The translations under genes were made by a program, and so were the position numbers. Shown piece by piece: positions 28,170-37,334 of a stretch of DNA of 64,000 bases. The notes beneath the pieces were generated by a model. That model had not been told where the DNA came from and made no database searches. It saw only the letters and a program-made list of their open reading frames with translations. The stretch's first letter is position 1. Each line of letters begins with the position of its first letter. The DNA comes from Acidobacteriota bacterium (GTDB lineage Bacteria; Acidobacteriota; Vicinamibacteria; Vicinamibacterales; UBA8438): the NCBI GenBank assembly GCA_009861545.1, contig VXME01000110.1, forward strand, positions 22,284-86,283. Reading direction: 5' to 3'.

Positions 28170-28175
28170 AGGCGG

Positions 28176-28460
28176 ATGGCGTCCTCGAAGCGCATGACGG
28201 CGATGGGTGCGGCACTCTTCGTGGTGCTCGCGCTCGCGTCGGTCGGCGTCGCGCTCCACGAGCACGACGCCGACGTGCAGTCCGCCGCTCACGCGGATTG
28301 CGACGCCTGCCATATCCGACACCTGTCGGTAGTCGAGACCGACGGTACGCCGGCGCTGCCGACGCCGGCTCTCGTGGCCCACGGCGTCGTTTCCGCCGGC
28401 CCGGATGGCGAGCGCGCCGCGGTTCTCGGCATCCTTGCCACGCGCGGACCGCCCGCGTAG
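28176..28460 (+). CDS. small exported Cys/His protein, paralog P3 (ends TRGPPA)
   Basis: C-terminal 94 aa of track ORF 26787..28460: signal peptide (MGAALFVVLALASVGVA), LHEHDADVQSAAHADCDACHIRH and a C-terminal ILATRGPPA. Confidence 0.6.
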   Translation: MASSKRMTAMGAALFVVLALASVGVALHEHDADVQSAAHADCDACHIRHLSVVETDGTPALPTPALVAHGVVSAGPDGERAAVLGILATRGPPA

Positions 28461-28597
28461 CCGCCCCGTCGCACTTCCCCGCGACACCCCGTATCGCACG
28501 ATCGTCGGTTGTCGGGCTCGGCGTCGGCACAGGCACGGACGCCGGTGCGCGCCCCGCCCATCCGGAAATCAACGCTCGCACCTGGAGGAACACTGCC

Positions 28598-29545
28598 ATG
28601 TCGATTCTTCGCAGAGAACAGCTCGCTTCCCGCTGGATGGCGGTCGCCGCGCTGCTGGCCCTTTGCAGCACGGGCCCGGCGACCGTCGCGCACGCTCAGG
28701 ATGCTGCCGACCAGCCCTTCATGGCGGGGGCGCCGCTCGACCTGTCGTCGAACGCCAAGACCTACGGCGGCTTCCGCTTCGCCGAGAGCATGGCCTACGA
28801 CGAAGCCCGCGACCTGTACGTCGCGGTCAACGCCGGGATCGCCCAGAACGTCATTCCGAACGACGGCTACATCTCGCTGATCAACCCCGACGGCAGCGCC
28901 CACACGCTGAAGTGGATCGGCGTCAACCGGAACGGCCTGACGTTGAACCACCCCCTCGGCAGCGACATCATCAACGGCCTGCTGTACGTGGCCGACATCA
29001 ACGTGGTGCGCTGGTTCGACATGGAGAGCGGCGAGCCGCGGGGCAGCGTCACCGTCGAGGACGCGCAGCGCTTCAACGACATCGAGGTCGCCGAGGACGG
29101 GACCATCTGGGCCTCGCAGACCGGGACCGAGGAGAGCGGCACCTGGCGCCTGTACCGCATCGGACCGGACGGCGACTCGTCGGTCGTCGTCGAGGGAGCC
29201 CCGCTGGCCCGGCCCAACGGCGTAGCCTTCGACCCGGACGGCAACGTCGTCGTGGTGAACATCAACGACAACGCGGTGCTCACGTTCTCGCCCGACGGCG
29301 AGCTCGTCAAGACCGAGCACGCCGTGGACGGCGGCAACGACGGACTGGTGATTCTGGACGACGGCACGAAGTACGTCTCCAGCGTCAGGATCGGCACCGT
29401 CTCGCGCATCCGTCCCGGAGAAGAGGCCGAGGTCGTGGCGTCCGGCATCCCGAGCGCCGCCTCGATGTCCTACGACTCGAAGCGGAACCGGCTGCTCATC
29501 CCGATGAACAACTGGAACGCCATCACCATCGTCGAACTCGACTGA
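28598..29545 (+). CDS. periplasmic six-bladed beta-propeller protein (SGL/NHL-like)
   Basis: Start at ATG 28598 inside track ORF 28298..29545. Signal peptide (WMAVAALLALCSTGPATVAHA). Blade-like repeats include LYVAVNAG, LYVADINVV, DGTIWASQ, PNGVAFDPDGNVVVVN and DGLVILDDG. Confidence 0.65.
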   Translation: MSILRREQLASRWMAVAALLALCSTGPATVAHAQDAADQPFMAGAPLDLSSNAKTYGGFRFAESMAYDEARDLYVAVNAGIAQNVIPNDGYISLINPDGSAHTLKWIGVNRNGLTLNHPLGSDIINGLLYVADINVVRWFDMESGEPRGSVTVEDAQRFNDIEVAEDGTIWASQTGTEESGTWRLYRIGPDGDSSVVVEGAPLARPNGVAFDPDGNVVVVNINDNAVLTFSPDGELVKTEHAVDGGNDGLVILDDGTKYVSSVRIGTVSRIRPGEEAEVVASGIPSAASMSYDSKRNRLLIPMNNWNAITIVELD

Positions 29546-29596
29546 TCGGGACCGCGAACGCCGGTCCCCAGACGCAACCATCGACCCGCCGGAACC

Positions 29597-29881
29597 ATGA
29601 AGAAGCCGAGCCGGCCGCTCGCGTTCGCAGCGCTGGTGCTGACGTGCGTCCTGCTGCCGGCCGGCTCTTTCTTCCACGAACACGACGAAGGAGACGCGAC
29701 CGGCGGCGACCACCACAACTGCGTCATCTGCTGTATTGCGCACTACGCCGCGATAGAGGCCCGCGCAGCGCCGACGGCGTCGACGCCCGAACTCACGGCG
29801 CTCGCTGCAGCGCGGACGCACTACCGAATCGGCCCGCGCACCGCGCTCGACATCCGACCCACGCGCGGACCGCCCGCGTAG
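29597..29881 (+). CDS. small exported Cys/His protein, paralog P4 (ends TRGPPA)
   Basis: 94 aa with a signal peptide (LAFAALVLTCVLLPAGS), then FHEHDEGDATGGDHHNCVICCIAH and a C-terminal IRPTRGPPA. It lies directly upstream of TBDR3. Confidence 0.65.
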   Translation: MKKPSRPLAFAALVLTCVLLPAGSFFHEHDEGDATGGDHHNCVICCIAHYAAIEARAAPTASTPELTALAAARTHYRIGPRTALDIRPTRGPPA

Positions 29882-30015
29882 CACCTCCCCCTTGCCGCGT
29901 CGACCCGGACGGTCCCCGAGGACCATCCGCGTGTCGGCCGTTCGAATGACGAAATCGGCGGGAGGCTCGCCGGCCGGCGTGGCTGACGAGTGACCGCCGC
30001 GGAGGTGGACTCGGG

Positions 30016-32466
30016 ATGCGTGTACGGAATCAGGTAGCTGCTTCGTTCGTTTCGGGCGCAATCGTCGTCGGCGGGCTGTTCGCCGCGGAGACGGCATTCG
30101 GACTCGAGGAAACCGGTTCGATCCAGGGAACCGTCGCGGCCGAGGACGGCGGGGTGCCGCTGCCGGCCGCGCGGGTAGCTCTGGAAGGCACCGACATGTC
30201 TGCCACAACGGGGGCCGACGGCGCATTCGCGATCGACGGCGTCCCTGCCGGAACGTATCGGCTGACGGTGACGCGCGAAGCCTTTGCGCCGCTCACGTCG
30301 CCGGTGACGGTGGCAGTCGGCGAACCCGTGCTTCTCGATCTCCGGCTCCCGGTGCTGGAGTTCGAGGAGAGCGTCGTGGTGACCGCGACGCAGACCGAGC
30401 GGGCGGTCACCGAGGTCGCGGCCAGCGTCACGATTCTCGACGCACGGACCATCGAAGCGTCGTCGGCCCGCAACCTGCAGGATCTGCTGCGCCGGACGCC
30501 GGCCATCGATCTCGCCGAGACCTCCGGCATGGCCGCCCGCGCCAACTCGTCGCTCGTCATGCGCGGCGTCCCCGGCACCAAGCGGGCCCTGCTCCTGGTG
30601 GACGGGCTGCCGGCCAACGATCTGGGTCTCGGCACGCTCGCCGCGCTGAGCCTCGTGCCGCTGGCCTCGGTGGAGCGCGCCGAGGTGGTCCGCGGACCGT
30701 TCTCGAGCCTCTACGGCGCCAACGCCTTCGCCGGCGCCATCAATGCCATCACCCGGCCCGGCGAGGGCCCGCCGGTGGCCGACTTCTTCGCCAGTGGCGG
30801 CGCGGCCGGCTACTACCAGCTCGGCACGTCCGTGCGCGGCGAAACCGGCCCCGTCGGCTACGCGTTCACCGCGGATCGCCGCAAGATCGACAACGTCTAC
30901 AACCGCGACACGCGCACCGTGCCGCGCGTCGCCGAAGACCGCAGCCTGCAGCAGGAGACCGTGCCCCTCCGCAACGTCGGGTACGAGGACGTGCGGCTGA
31001 CGGGCCGGCTGGACTTCTCCGTCTCGGACGCCTGGGACGTGACGCTGCTGCCGCGGATCTCCAGCTACGAGACGGGCCTCGACGTGTCGGCCCGCCTGCC
31101 GGTTGCGGTCGACGAGCACAAGCGCGACACGGCGGTGAACCTCGGCGGCATCTTCCGCTACAACGGGGCGGGTCCGCTGTCGGCGCAGATCCGAACCAGC
31201 TACCGCTACTCGAACCAGCGTCTCTTCCAGGAGAACTTCACGCTCGCCCCGACGCGGCAGACGACCATCGTCGATCCGCCCGGGCCGGCCGTCGTCGAGT
31301 CGGTGTCGCACGGCGTGTTTCCTTTCGCGGCCCTCACCGGCCAGGACACCGACTTCCGCAGCGTGCTCGTCGAGCCGCAGGTCACCTGGGCGCCGAACCT
31401 CGCTCACACGGTCGTCCTCGGGGCGAGCTACACGAGCGAGCGCGGCTCGTTCGGCGACAGCACCATCGCCGATCATTCCAACCTGCTCGGCTCGGACGCC
31501 ACGCTCGCGCGGGTTGCCGCGGGCATCCAGGCCGGCATGGCGGCGGGAGGCGTGCCCAATCCGACCGTCACCCTCGTCCGGGATCCCGCGATCGGCAACG
31601 TCTTCCCCCTGTCACGGGGCCAACGGGAGCAGTTCGACATCTTCTCCGCGTACGTGCAGGACGAGTGGGTGCTGGCCGACCGGCTGCGACTGGTCCCCGG
31701 CCTGCGCTACGACCAGCACTCGGAGTTCGGCTCGGTCGGTTCGCCGAAGGTGTCGCTGCTGTACGCCCTGACGCCGGCGACGCGAGTGCGCACCTCCGCC
31801 GGCCGCGCCTTCCGCGCCCCGAGCCTCTTCGAGCTGTTCGGCAACGTCGTCTTCCACGGTCCCATTCCCGGACTGCCGAATCCGGACCTGGAACCCGAGC
31901 ACATCACCTCGTTCGACGGCGGGATTCAGCACGAGGTCAGCCGCGCGCTCCGGGCGGAGATGAACGTCTTCCACAACGACATGACGGATCTCATCCAGCT
32001 CGTAGTCTCGCCGCAGCGCGACCACTTCGACTGGGTGAACGTCGCCGACGCGCGCTCGACCGGCCTGGAGCTGGTGGCGAACGGGCAGGCGGCCTCGTGG
32101 CTGGGCTACTACGCCAACTACGCGTACACGGACAGCGAGGACCGCGCCACCGGCAACCCGCTGGCGCTGGTGCCGCGGCAGAAGGTCAACGCGGGCATCC
32201 AGTTGGGGGCGGCGCTCGGGTCGTGGCGCCTGACCGGGTCCGTCGATCAGCGCTGGGTCGGCGAGCGGACGCAGAGCTCGCAGGGCGTCCCGGTGCTGCT
32301 CGACGAGTACATGCGCACCGACCTCGCGGTCTACCTGCATCCCAACGACGACCTGCGTGTGGGTGTTCACGTCCTGAACGTGATGGATGCCGACTACCAG
32401 GAAACGGCGGCGAGCCCGACGCTCGGACGTCTCGTTTCGGTGAGCCTGGCGATAACGCCTTTCTAG
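30016..32466 (+). CDS. TonB-dependent receptor with CarboxypepD_reg-like N-domain (TBDR3)
   Basis: GSIQGTVAAEDGGVPLPAARVAL...GTYRLTV is followed by plug motifs (VVVTATQTERAV..., LLRRTPAIDL, MRGVPGTKRALLLVDGLPAND, VERAEVVRGPFSSLYGANAFAGAIN) and a barrel ending ITPF. GGAGG lies 10 nt before the ATG. Confidence 0.9.
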   Translation: MRVRNQVAASFVSGAIVVGGLFAAETAFGLEETGSIQGTVAAEDGGVPLPAARVALEGTDMSATTGADGAFAIDGVPAGTYRLTVTREAFAPLTSPVTVAVGEPVLLDLRLPVLEFEESVVVTATQTERAVTEVAASVTILDARTIEASSARNLQDLLRRTPAIDLAETSGMAARANSSLVMRGVPGTKRALLLVDGLPANDLGLGTLAALSLVPLASVERAEVVRGPFSSLYGANAFAGAINAITRPGEGPPVADFFASGGAAGYYQLGTSVRGETGPVGYAFTADRRKIDNVYNRDTRTVPRVAEDRSLQQETVPLRNVGYEDVRLTGRLDFSVSDAWDVTLLPRISSYETGLDVSARLPVAVDEHKRDTAVNLGGIFRYNGAGPLSAQIRTSYRYSNQRLFQENFTLAPTRQTTIVDPPGPAVVESVSHGVFPFAALTGQDTDFRSVLVEPQVTWAPNLAHTVVLGASYTSERGSFGDSTIADHSNLLGSDATLARVAAGIQAGMAAGGVPNPTVTLVRDPAIGNVFPLSRGQREQFDIFSAYVQDEWVLADRLRLVPGLRYDQHSEFGSVGSPKVSLLYALTPATRVRTSAGRAFRAPSLFELFGNVVFHGPIPGLPNPDLEPEHITSFDGGIQHEVSRALRAEMNVFHNDMTDLIQLVVSPQRDHFDWVNVADARSTGLELVANGQAASWLGYYANYAYTDSEDRATGNPLALVPRQKVNAGIQLGAALGSWRLTGSVDQRWVGERTQSSQGVPVLLDEYMRTDLAVYLHPNDDLRVGVHVLNVMDADYQETAASPTLGRLVSVSLAITPF

Positions 32467-32479
32467 ACCGGAGGATCCG

Positions 32480-35400
32480 ATGACTGCCAGGACAGAACCG
32501 GCACGCGAGCGGACGGTGAGGACCCGGCTGGCCGACCTGTGGTCCCATCGCAAGCGGATCGCGGCGGCGGTGCTCGCGGCGGCGGTGCTCTGGGGCGGGT
32601 TCGCGGCCTACCAGCGCCATCTCGCGGTGACCCGAGTCGCCTTCGTCAACTTCCCCGGCTTCCAGCTCGCGCGCATCGAGCGCGCGCGACCGCACGGCGC
32701 GGTGCGCATCGAGCCGCTGGACATGGCGACGCTGGACCGGGCCGCCGACTATCCGGTCGTCTACATCTTCGGACGCGGCCTGCAGCTCGAAGAGGCGCAG
32801 CTCGAGCACCTGCGCGAAGCCGGCCGCCGGGGCGCGCGCCTGTTCGTGCAGGGGGCCACGAACCCGGCCCTCGACGTCACCAACCTGCGCGGCGCGCAGC
32901 TCGACGCCGTCAACGGCTACCTCGAGTTCGGGGGCGCCGACAACTACGCCCGGCTGCTCAACTTCTCGCGCGTCGAGCTCGACGGCAAGGCGTTCCGCTC
33001 GGATCCGGTGCAGCCCCCGGTCGAGCGTTCCATGGACGTGCTGTTCCATCTGGACGACGACCTGACGTTCGAGACCGTCGACGCGTTCGACGCCTACTAC
33101 GACGCGCAGGGTCTGGCGAAACCGAACGCCCCGAACATCGCCCTGATCACCAGCGTGCCCGGCCCGTTCAACGCCAACCGGGATCACGTCGATGCGTTCA
33201 TCCAAGCGCTTGAGGGCCGCGAGTGGAACGTCTACCCGATTGCCGCCGTCGAGAAGCGCCTCGACTTCCTCAAGGAGATCGAACCCGATCTCGTGGTGCT
33301 GATGCCGCACGGCCGGCTCACCCTGGGCCGCGCCGACGAGGCGATCGCGTGGCTGCGGGAGCGCGACATCCCCATGCTGACGCCGCTCTCGGTGTTCCAG
33401 AACCACGACGAGTGGGTGACCGACCAGCAGGGAATGGCCGGCGCCCTGCTCACGATGAGCGTCGTGCTACCCGAGCTCGACGGCGGCATCGCACCCTACG
33501 CGGTGGCGGCGCAGTTCACCGACGCGGACGGCTACGAGATCTTCGACGTGGTGCCGGGGCGGCTCGACACCTTCTGCGACCTCGTCGAGCGCTGGCTGGC
33601 GCTGAAGGCGAAGCCCAACCGCGACAAGCGCGTGGCCATCTACTACTACAAGGGACCGGGCAAGAACGCCATGCACGCCGGCAGCATGGAGGTGGCGCCG
33701 AGCCTGCTGAACCTGCTGCGCTCGCTGCGCGACGCCGGCTACACGGTCGAGGGGCTCCCCGAGACCGACGACGAGTTCTGGGAGCTCGTCCAGGCAAAGG
33801 GCCCGGTGCTCGGACCGTACGCGCGCGGCGCGTTCGAGGAGTACGTGGCCACCGGCGATCCGGCCCTGGTGCCGGCCGCCGAGTACGCCGCGTGGATGGC
33901 GGCGGACCTCGAGCCGGGCATGCGCGACGCCGTCGTCGAGCAGTACGGCCCCGCCCCGGGCGAGTACATGACGGTCGGCGAGGGCGACGAGACCGCGCTG
34001 GCGGTGGCCCGCGTGCAGTTCGGCAACGTCGTCATCCTGCCGCAGCCCCTGCCGGGCGTCGGCGACGACACGTTCCGGCTCGTGCACGGCGCGCGGAAGG
34101 CCCCGCCCCATCCCTACGTGGCCTCCTACCTGTGGACCCGCAATGCCTTCGGGGCCGACGCCGTGATGCATCTCGGCACGCACGGCAGCCTGGAGTTCAG
34201 GCCCTGGAAGCAGATTGCGCTGTCGACATTCGACTGGTCGGACGCCCTCGTCGGCGGGCTCCCGCACGTCTACGTCTACGTCATGAGCAACATAGGCGAG
34301 GGGATCATCGCCAAGCGCCGCTCCTACGCCACCACGGTGACCCACCTGACGTCCCCGTTCATGGAGGGCGGGCTGTACGAGGGGCTGCGGCCGCTGCGAA
34401 ACCGGCTCGACAGTTATCGCAACGCAGCCGACGGGCCGGTCCGGGCGGAGCATGCGCGCACGATCCGACGCCTTGCGACGGAGATGAACCTGCACGTCGA
34501 CCTCGGCCTCGACCCCGACGCGGCGTGGTCGGCGGACGACTTCTTCCGGCTGAGCAACCACGTCGAGACCATCGACGGGGAGAAGGTCGCGCAGGGCCTC
34601 TACACCCTCGGGAACGCCTTCACGGAGGCGGAGGTCGACTCGACGGCGGAGCTGATGGCGATCGATCCGATCGCCTACGCCCTGGCCCGCATCGACACGA
34701 TCAAGCGTGCGGTCGACGCCGCCGACCTGGAGGACGAGGTGCTCTTCGAGCGCCGCTACCGCCGGCGGGCCCGCGACGCCTATGCGCGGCGGGTGGCGGG
34801 CGGCGACGCCGATGCGGTGCTCTCCGACCTGGTGGCGGACGCCGACCGGCAACACGCCCACGCCTGGCGGGAAGCGGCGCGCCGGCCGTCGGACGACGAC
34901 ATCATCCGCGGGTTCATCTCGATGGGCGCGGGCAGCCGCAACCGGCCGGACGCGACCGTGTCCGCAGCCCGCGCGGGCGAACTCGAGGACCTGGTGGCGC
35001 GCATCCTGCCGCATCCGCGCAAGGTCGAATTCGTCGAGCGGATGCAATCGGAGCAGGAGTTCGCGCGGACGTCGCAACTGCTGGATCCCGTGCAGCGCGA
35101 GCGCGCGAAGACCATCGCCGCGGTCATCCCCCCGATGGCCGAGGCCATCGAGATCGCCGAGGACCCGGACGTTTTCGCCCTGCTGGAGGTGATGCAGGAC
35201 GCGGCGCTCCGCGAGCGGACCTTCGCCCTGCTGAAGGACCCGGGACTCGTCGACCGCGTTGAGGAGGAAAAGCGGCGGCTGGCGGCGGAGCGGCTCGCGT
35301 TCGCCCTCGATGCGCCTCAGGTCGAGGCGCTCGGGCGGGCCTGGGGCCACGAATCGGCCGGCGAGCTGGTGACCGCCGCCAGCGAGGACATCGAGAAGGC

Positions 35401-37270
35401 CCTGGAAGCAGCCACCTTCTACCGGGAGCACCGCGCGGCGCTCGGCGGCCAGCTTCGGGAGGTCGACGCGCCAGCGGCGGATCGCCTGCGAGAAATCCTC
35501 GACGACCCGTCGTTCGACCGGCGCCTCGACGGCGCCGTCGGCGCCGCGGAGATCGAGATGGAGAAGCGAGCGGCCCGGGACGCGGAGCTCGCACGCGCAG
35601 TCCTGACGCTGGAAGCGAGCGTCGCCGGCATCGACCGGCATCGGCAGGGCCTGCGCAACAGCACGGATCTGGAGCTCGGGAGCGTGGCACGCGCCCTCGG
35701 CGGCGGCTATGTGGAGCCTTCGCCCGGAGGTGACCCCATCGTCAACCCCGACGCCGTCCCCACCGGTCGCAACCTCTTCTCCATCGACGCCGAGAAGACC
35801 CCGTCGCCGGAGGCGTGGACGGTGGGGCGCGGTCTGGCGGAGGCGCTCCTCGAGGAGCACCGGCGGCGGCACGACGCGTATCCCCGGAAGGTCGCGTTCA
35901 CGCTCTGGCCCACCGACTTCATCGGCACCGAGGGCGCGACCATCGGCCAGATCTTCTACCTGCTGGGCGTCGAGCCGGTCTGGGACGCGTTCGGGAGGGT
36001 CGCCGACCTGCGCCTGATGCCGGCGGCCGACCTCGGCCGGCCCCGCATCGACGTCGTCGTCCAGACCGCCGGCCAGCTCCGGGACCTCGCCGCCTCGCGC
36101 CTCGCGCTCATCAACCGCGCCGTCGCGATGGCGGCCGAGGCTCGCGATGCGGACGGGCACGCCAACTTCGTCCAGGCGGGGCGCCTGCGGGCGGAAGAGG
36201 TGATGAAGGAGAAGGGCCTGTCGCCCGCGGACGCGCGCCGCTACTCGACGCTGCGGGTCTTCGGCGGCGTGAACGGCATCTACGGGACGGCCATCATGGA
36301 GATGGTCGAAAGTGGCGACCGCTGGGAGGACGATGCCGAGGTTGCCGGCCAGTACCTGCGCAACATGGGCGCCGTCTACGACGAAGGCGAGCTCTGGAGC
36401 TTCTACGCCGAGGGCATCTTCGAGGCGGCGCTCGCCGACACCGAGATCGTCGTGCAGCCGCGGGAGAGCCACACCTGGGGCGCCCTCAGCCTGGACCACG
36501 TCTACGAGTTCATGGGCGGGCTGAGCATGGCCGTCCGCCACGTGACCGGCCGGGACGCCGACGCCTACTTCAACGACTTCCGCAACGCGCAGCGGCCGCG
36601 GGTGACCGACCTCACCGAGACGGTCTGGACCGAGGCGCGGTCGACGCTGCTGAACCCGGCCTACATCGGCGAGATGCAGGAGGGCGGCGCCTCGTCGGCC
36701 GAGCACTTCGCCGAGACGTTCCGCAACACCTACGGGTGGAACGTGATGAAGCCGGCGGCCATCGACGACGCGCTCTGGAACGAGCTGTACGAGGTGTACG
36801 TCGACGACCGCTACGACATCGGGATCGAGGACTTCTTCCGCCGCGAGAACCCGTACGCACTGCAGGAGATGACGGCGGTGATGCTTGAGACCGTGCGCAA
36901 GGGCTACTGGGAAGCCTCGGCGCGGCAGGTCGAGGTGCTGGCGGAGTTGCACACCCGCCTGGTGGAGGAGTTCGAGGCGGGCTGCAGCGGGTTCGTCTGC
37001 GACAACGCGGCCCTGGCGACGTTCATCGCCGAGCAGGCCCCGGCAGACCTCGCGGCGAGCTATCGGAGCGAGCTGCAGCGGGCGCTGACGTCGAGCGTGG
37101 AGCTGACCGAGGCGAGCGTGGTCCTGGCGGACCAGGACGCCGAGGCGCGGCCGGCCGATGCGCCGGCGAACCAGCCGCCCGCGCGACGCCTGGCCTACCT
37201 GGGCGCAATCATAGTCGCCGGGCTGCTCGCGATCGCGCTGCTCGTCCTGCGGCGCCGGAGCACGACCTGA
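32480..37270 (+). CDS. CobN/Mg-chelatase-like large subunit homolog with N- and C-terminal membrane anchors
   Basis: 1596 aa. CobN-like blocks: YYYKGPGKNAMHAG, FGNVVILPQPLPG, HPYVASYLWTRNAFGADAVMHLGTHGSLEFRPWK, PHVYVYVMSNIGEGIIAKRRSYATTVTHL, GGGYVEPSPGGDPIVNPDAVPTGRNLFS, RKVAFTLWPTDFIGTEGATIGQIFYLLGVEP and RPRIDVVVQTAGQLRD. Hydrophobic helices lie at aa ~27-45 and ~1565-1588. GGAGGA RBS, 13 nt after the TBDR3 stop. Confidence 0.85.
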   Translation: MTARTEPARERTVRTRLADLWSHRKRIAAAVLAAAVLWGGFAAYQRHLAVTRVAFVNFPGFQLARIERARPHGAVRIEPLDMATLDRAADYPVVYIFGRGLQLEEAQLEHLREAGRRGARLFVQGATNPALDVTNLRGAQLDAVNGYLEFGGADNYARLLNFSRVELDGKAFRSDPVQPPVERSMDVLFHLDDDLTFETVDAFDAYYDAQGLAKPNAPNIALITSVPGPFNANRDHVDAFIQALEGREWNVYPIAAVEKRLDFLKEIEPDLVVLMPHGRLTLGRADEAIAWLRERDIPMLTPLSVFQNHDEWVTDQQGMAGALLTMSVVLPELDGGIAPYAVAAQFTDADGYEIFDVVPGRLDTFCDLVERWLALKAKPNRDKRVAIYYYKGPGKNAMHAGSMEVAPSLLNLLRSLRDAGYTVEGLPETDDEFWELVQAKGPVLGPYARGAFEEYVATGDPALVPAAEYAAWMAADLEPGMRDAVVEQYGPAPGEYMTVGEGDETALAVARVQFGNVVILPQPLPGVGDDTFRLVHGARKAPPHPYVASYLWTRNAFGADAVMHLGTHGSLEFRPWKQIALSTFDWSDALVGGLPHVYVYVMSNIGEGIIAKRRSYATTVTHLTSPFMEGGLYEGLRPLRNRLDSYRNAADGPVRAEHARTIRRLATEMNLHVDLGLDPDAAWSADDFFRLSNHVETIDGEKVAQGLYTLGNAFTEAEVDSTAELMAIDPIAYALARIDTIKRAVDAADLEDEVLFERRYRRRARDAYARRVAGGDADAVLSDLVADADRQHAHAWREAARRPSDDDIIRGFISMGAGSRNRPDATVSAARAGELEDLVARILPHPRKVEFVERMQSEQEFARTSQLLDPVQRERAKTIAAVIPPMAEAIEIAEDPDVFALLEVMQDAALRERTFALLKDPGLVDRVEEEKRRLAAERLAFALDAPQVEALGRAWGHESAGELVTAASEDIEKALEAATFYREHRAALGGQLREVDAPAADRLREILDDPSFDRRLDGAVGAAEIEMEKRAARDAELARAVLTLEASVAGIDRHRQGLRNSTDLELGSVARALGGGYVEPSPGGDPIVNPDAVPTGRNLFSIDAEKTPSPEAWTVGRGLAEALLEEHRRRHDAYPRKVAFTLWPTDFIGTEGATIGQIFYLLGVEPVWDAFGRVADLRLMPAADLGRPRIDVVVQTAGQLRDLAASRLALINRAVAMAAEARDADGHANFVQAGRLRAEEVMKEKGLSPADARRYSTLRVFGGVNGIYGTAIMEMVESGDRWEDDAEVAGQYLRNMGAVYDEGELWSFYAEGIFEAALADTEIVVQPRESHTWGALSLDHVYEFMGGLSMAVRHVTGRDADAYFNDFRNAQRPRVTDLTETVWTEARSTLLNPAYIGEMQEGGASSAEHFAETFRNTYGWNVMKPAAIDDALWNELYEVYVDDRYDIGIEDFFRRENPYALQEMTAVMLETVRKGYWEASARQVEVLAELHTRLVEEFEAGCSGFVCDNAALATFIAEQAPADLAASYRSELQRALTSSVELTEASVVLADQDAEARPADAPANQPPARRLAYLGAIIVAGLLAIALLVLRRRSTT

Positions 37271-37334
37271 CACGGGCGTAAGGGGGCCTTCGACGCAACC
37301 CGGGAACACGAGCAGTTCGAGACTGGAGACGACC

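Noticed and set aside
15252-29881. Small Cys/His proteins as RiPP or methanobactin-type precursors
   Set aside because: No maturation enzymes (MbnB/DUF692, radical SAM, YcaO, lanthipeptide synthetases, peptidase-ABC exporters) are adjacent. The peptides have ordinary Sec-type signals and conserved C-termini, so they fit better as small periplasmic proteins.
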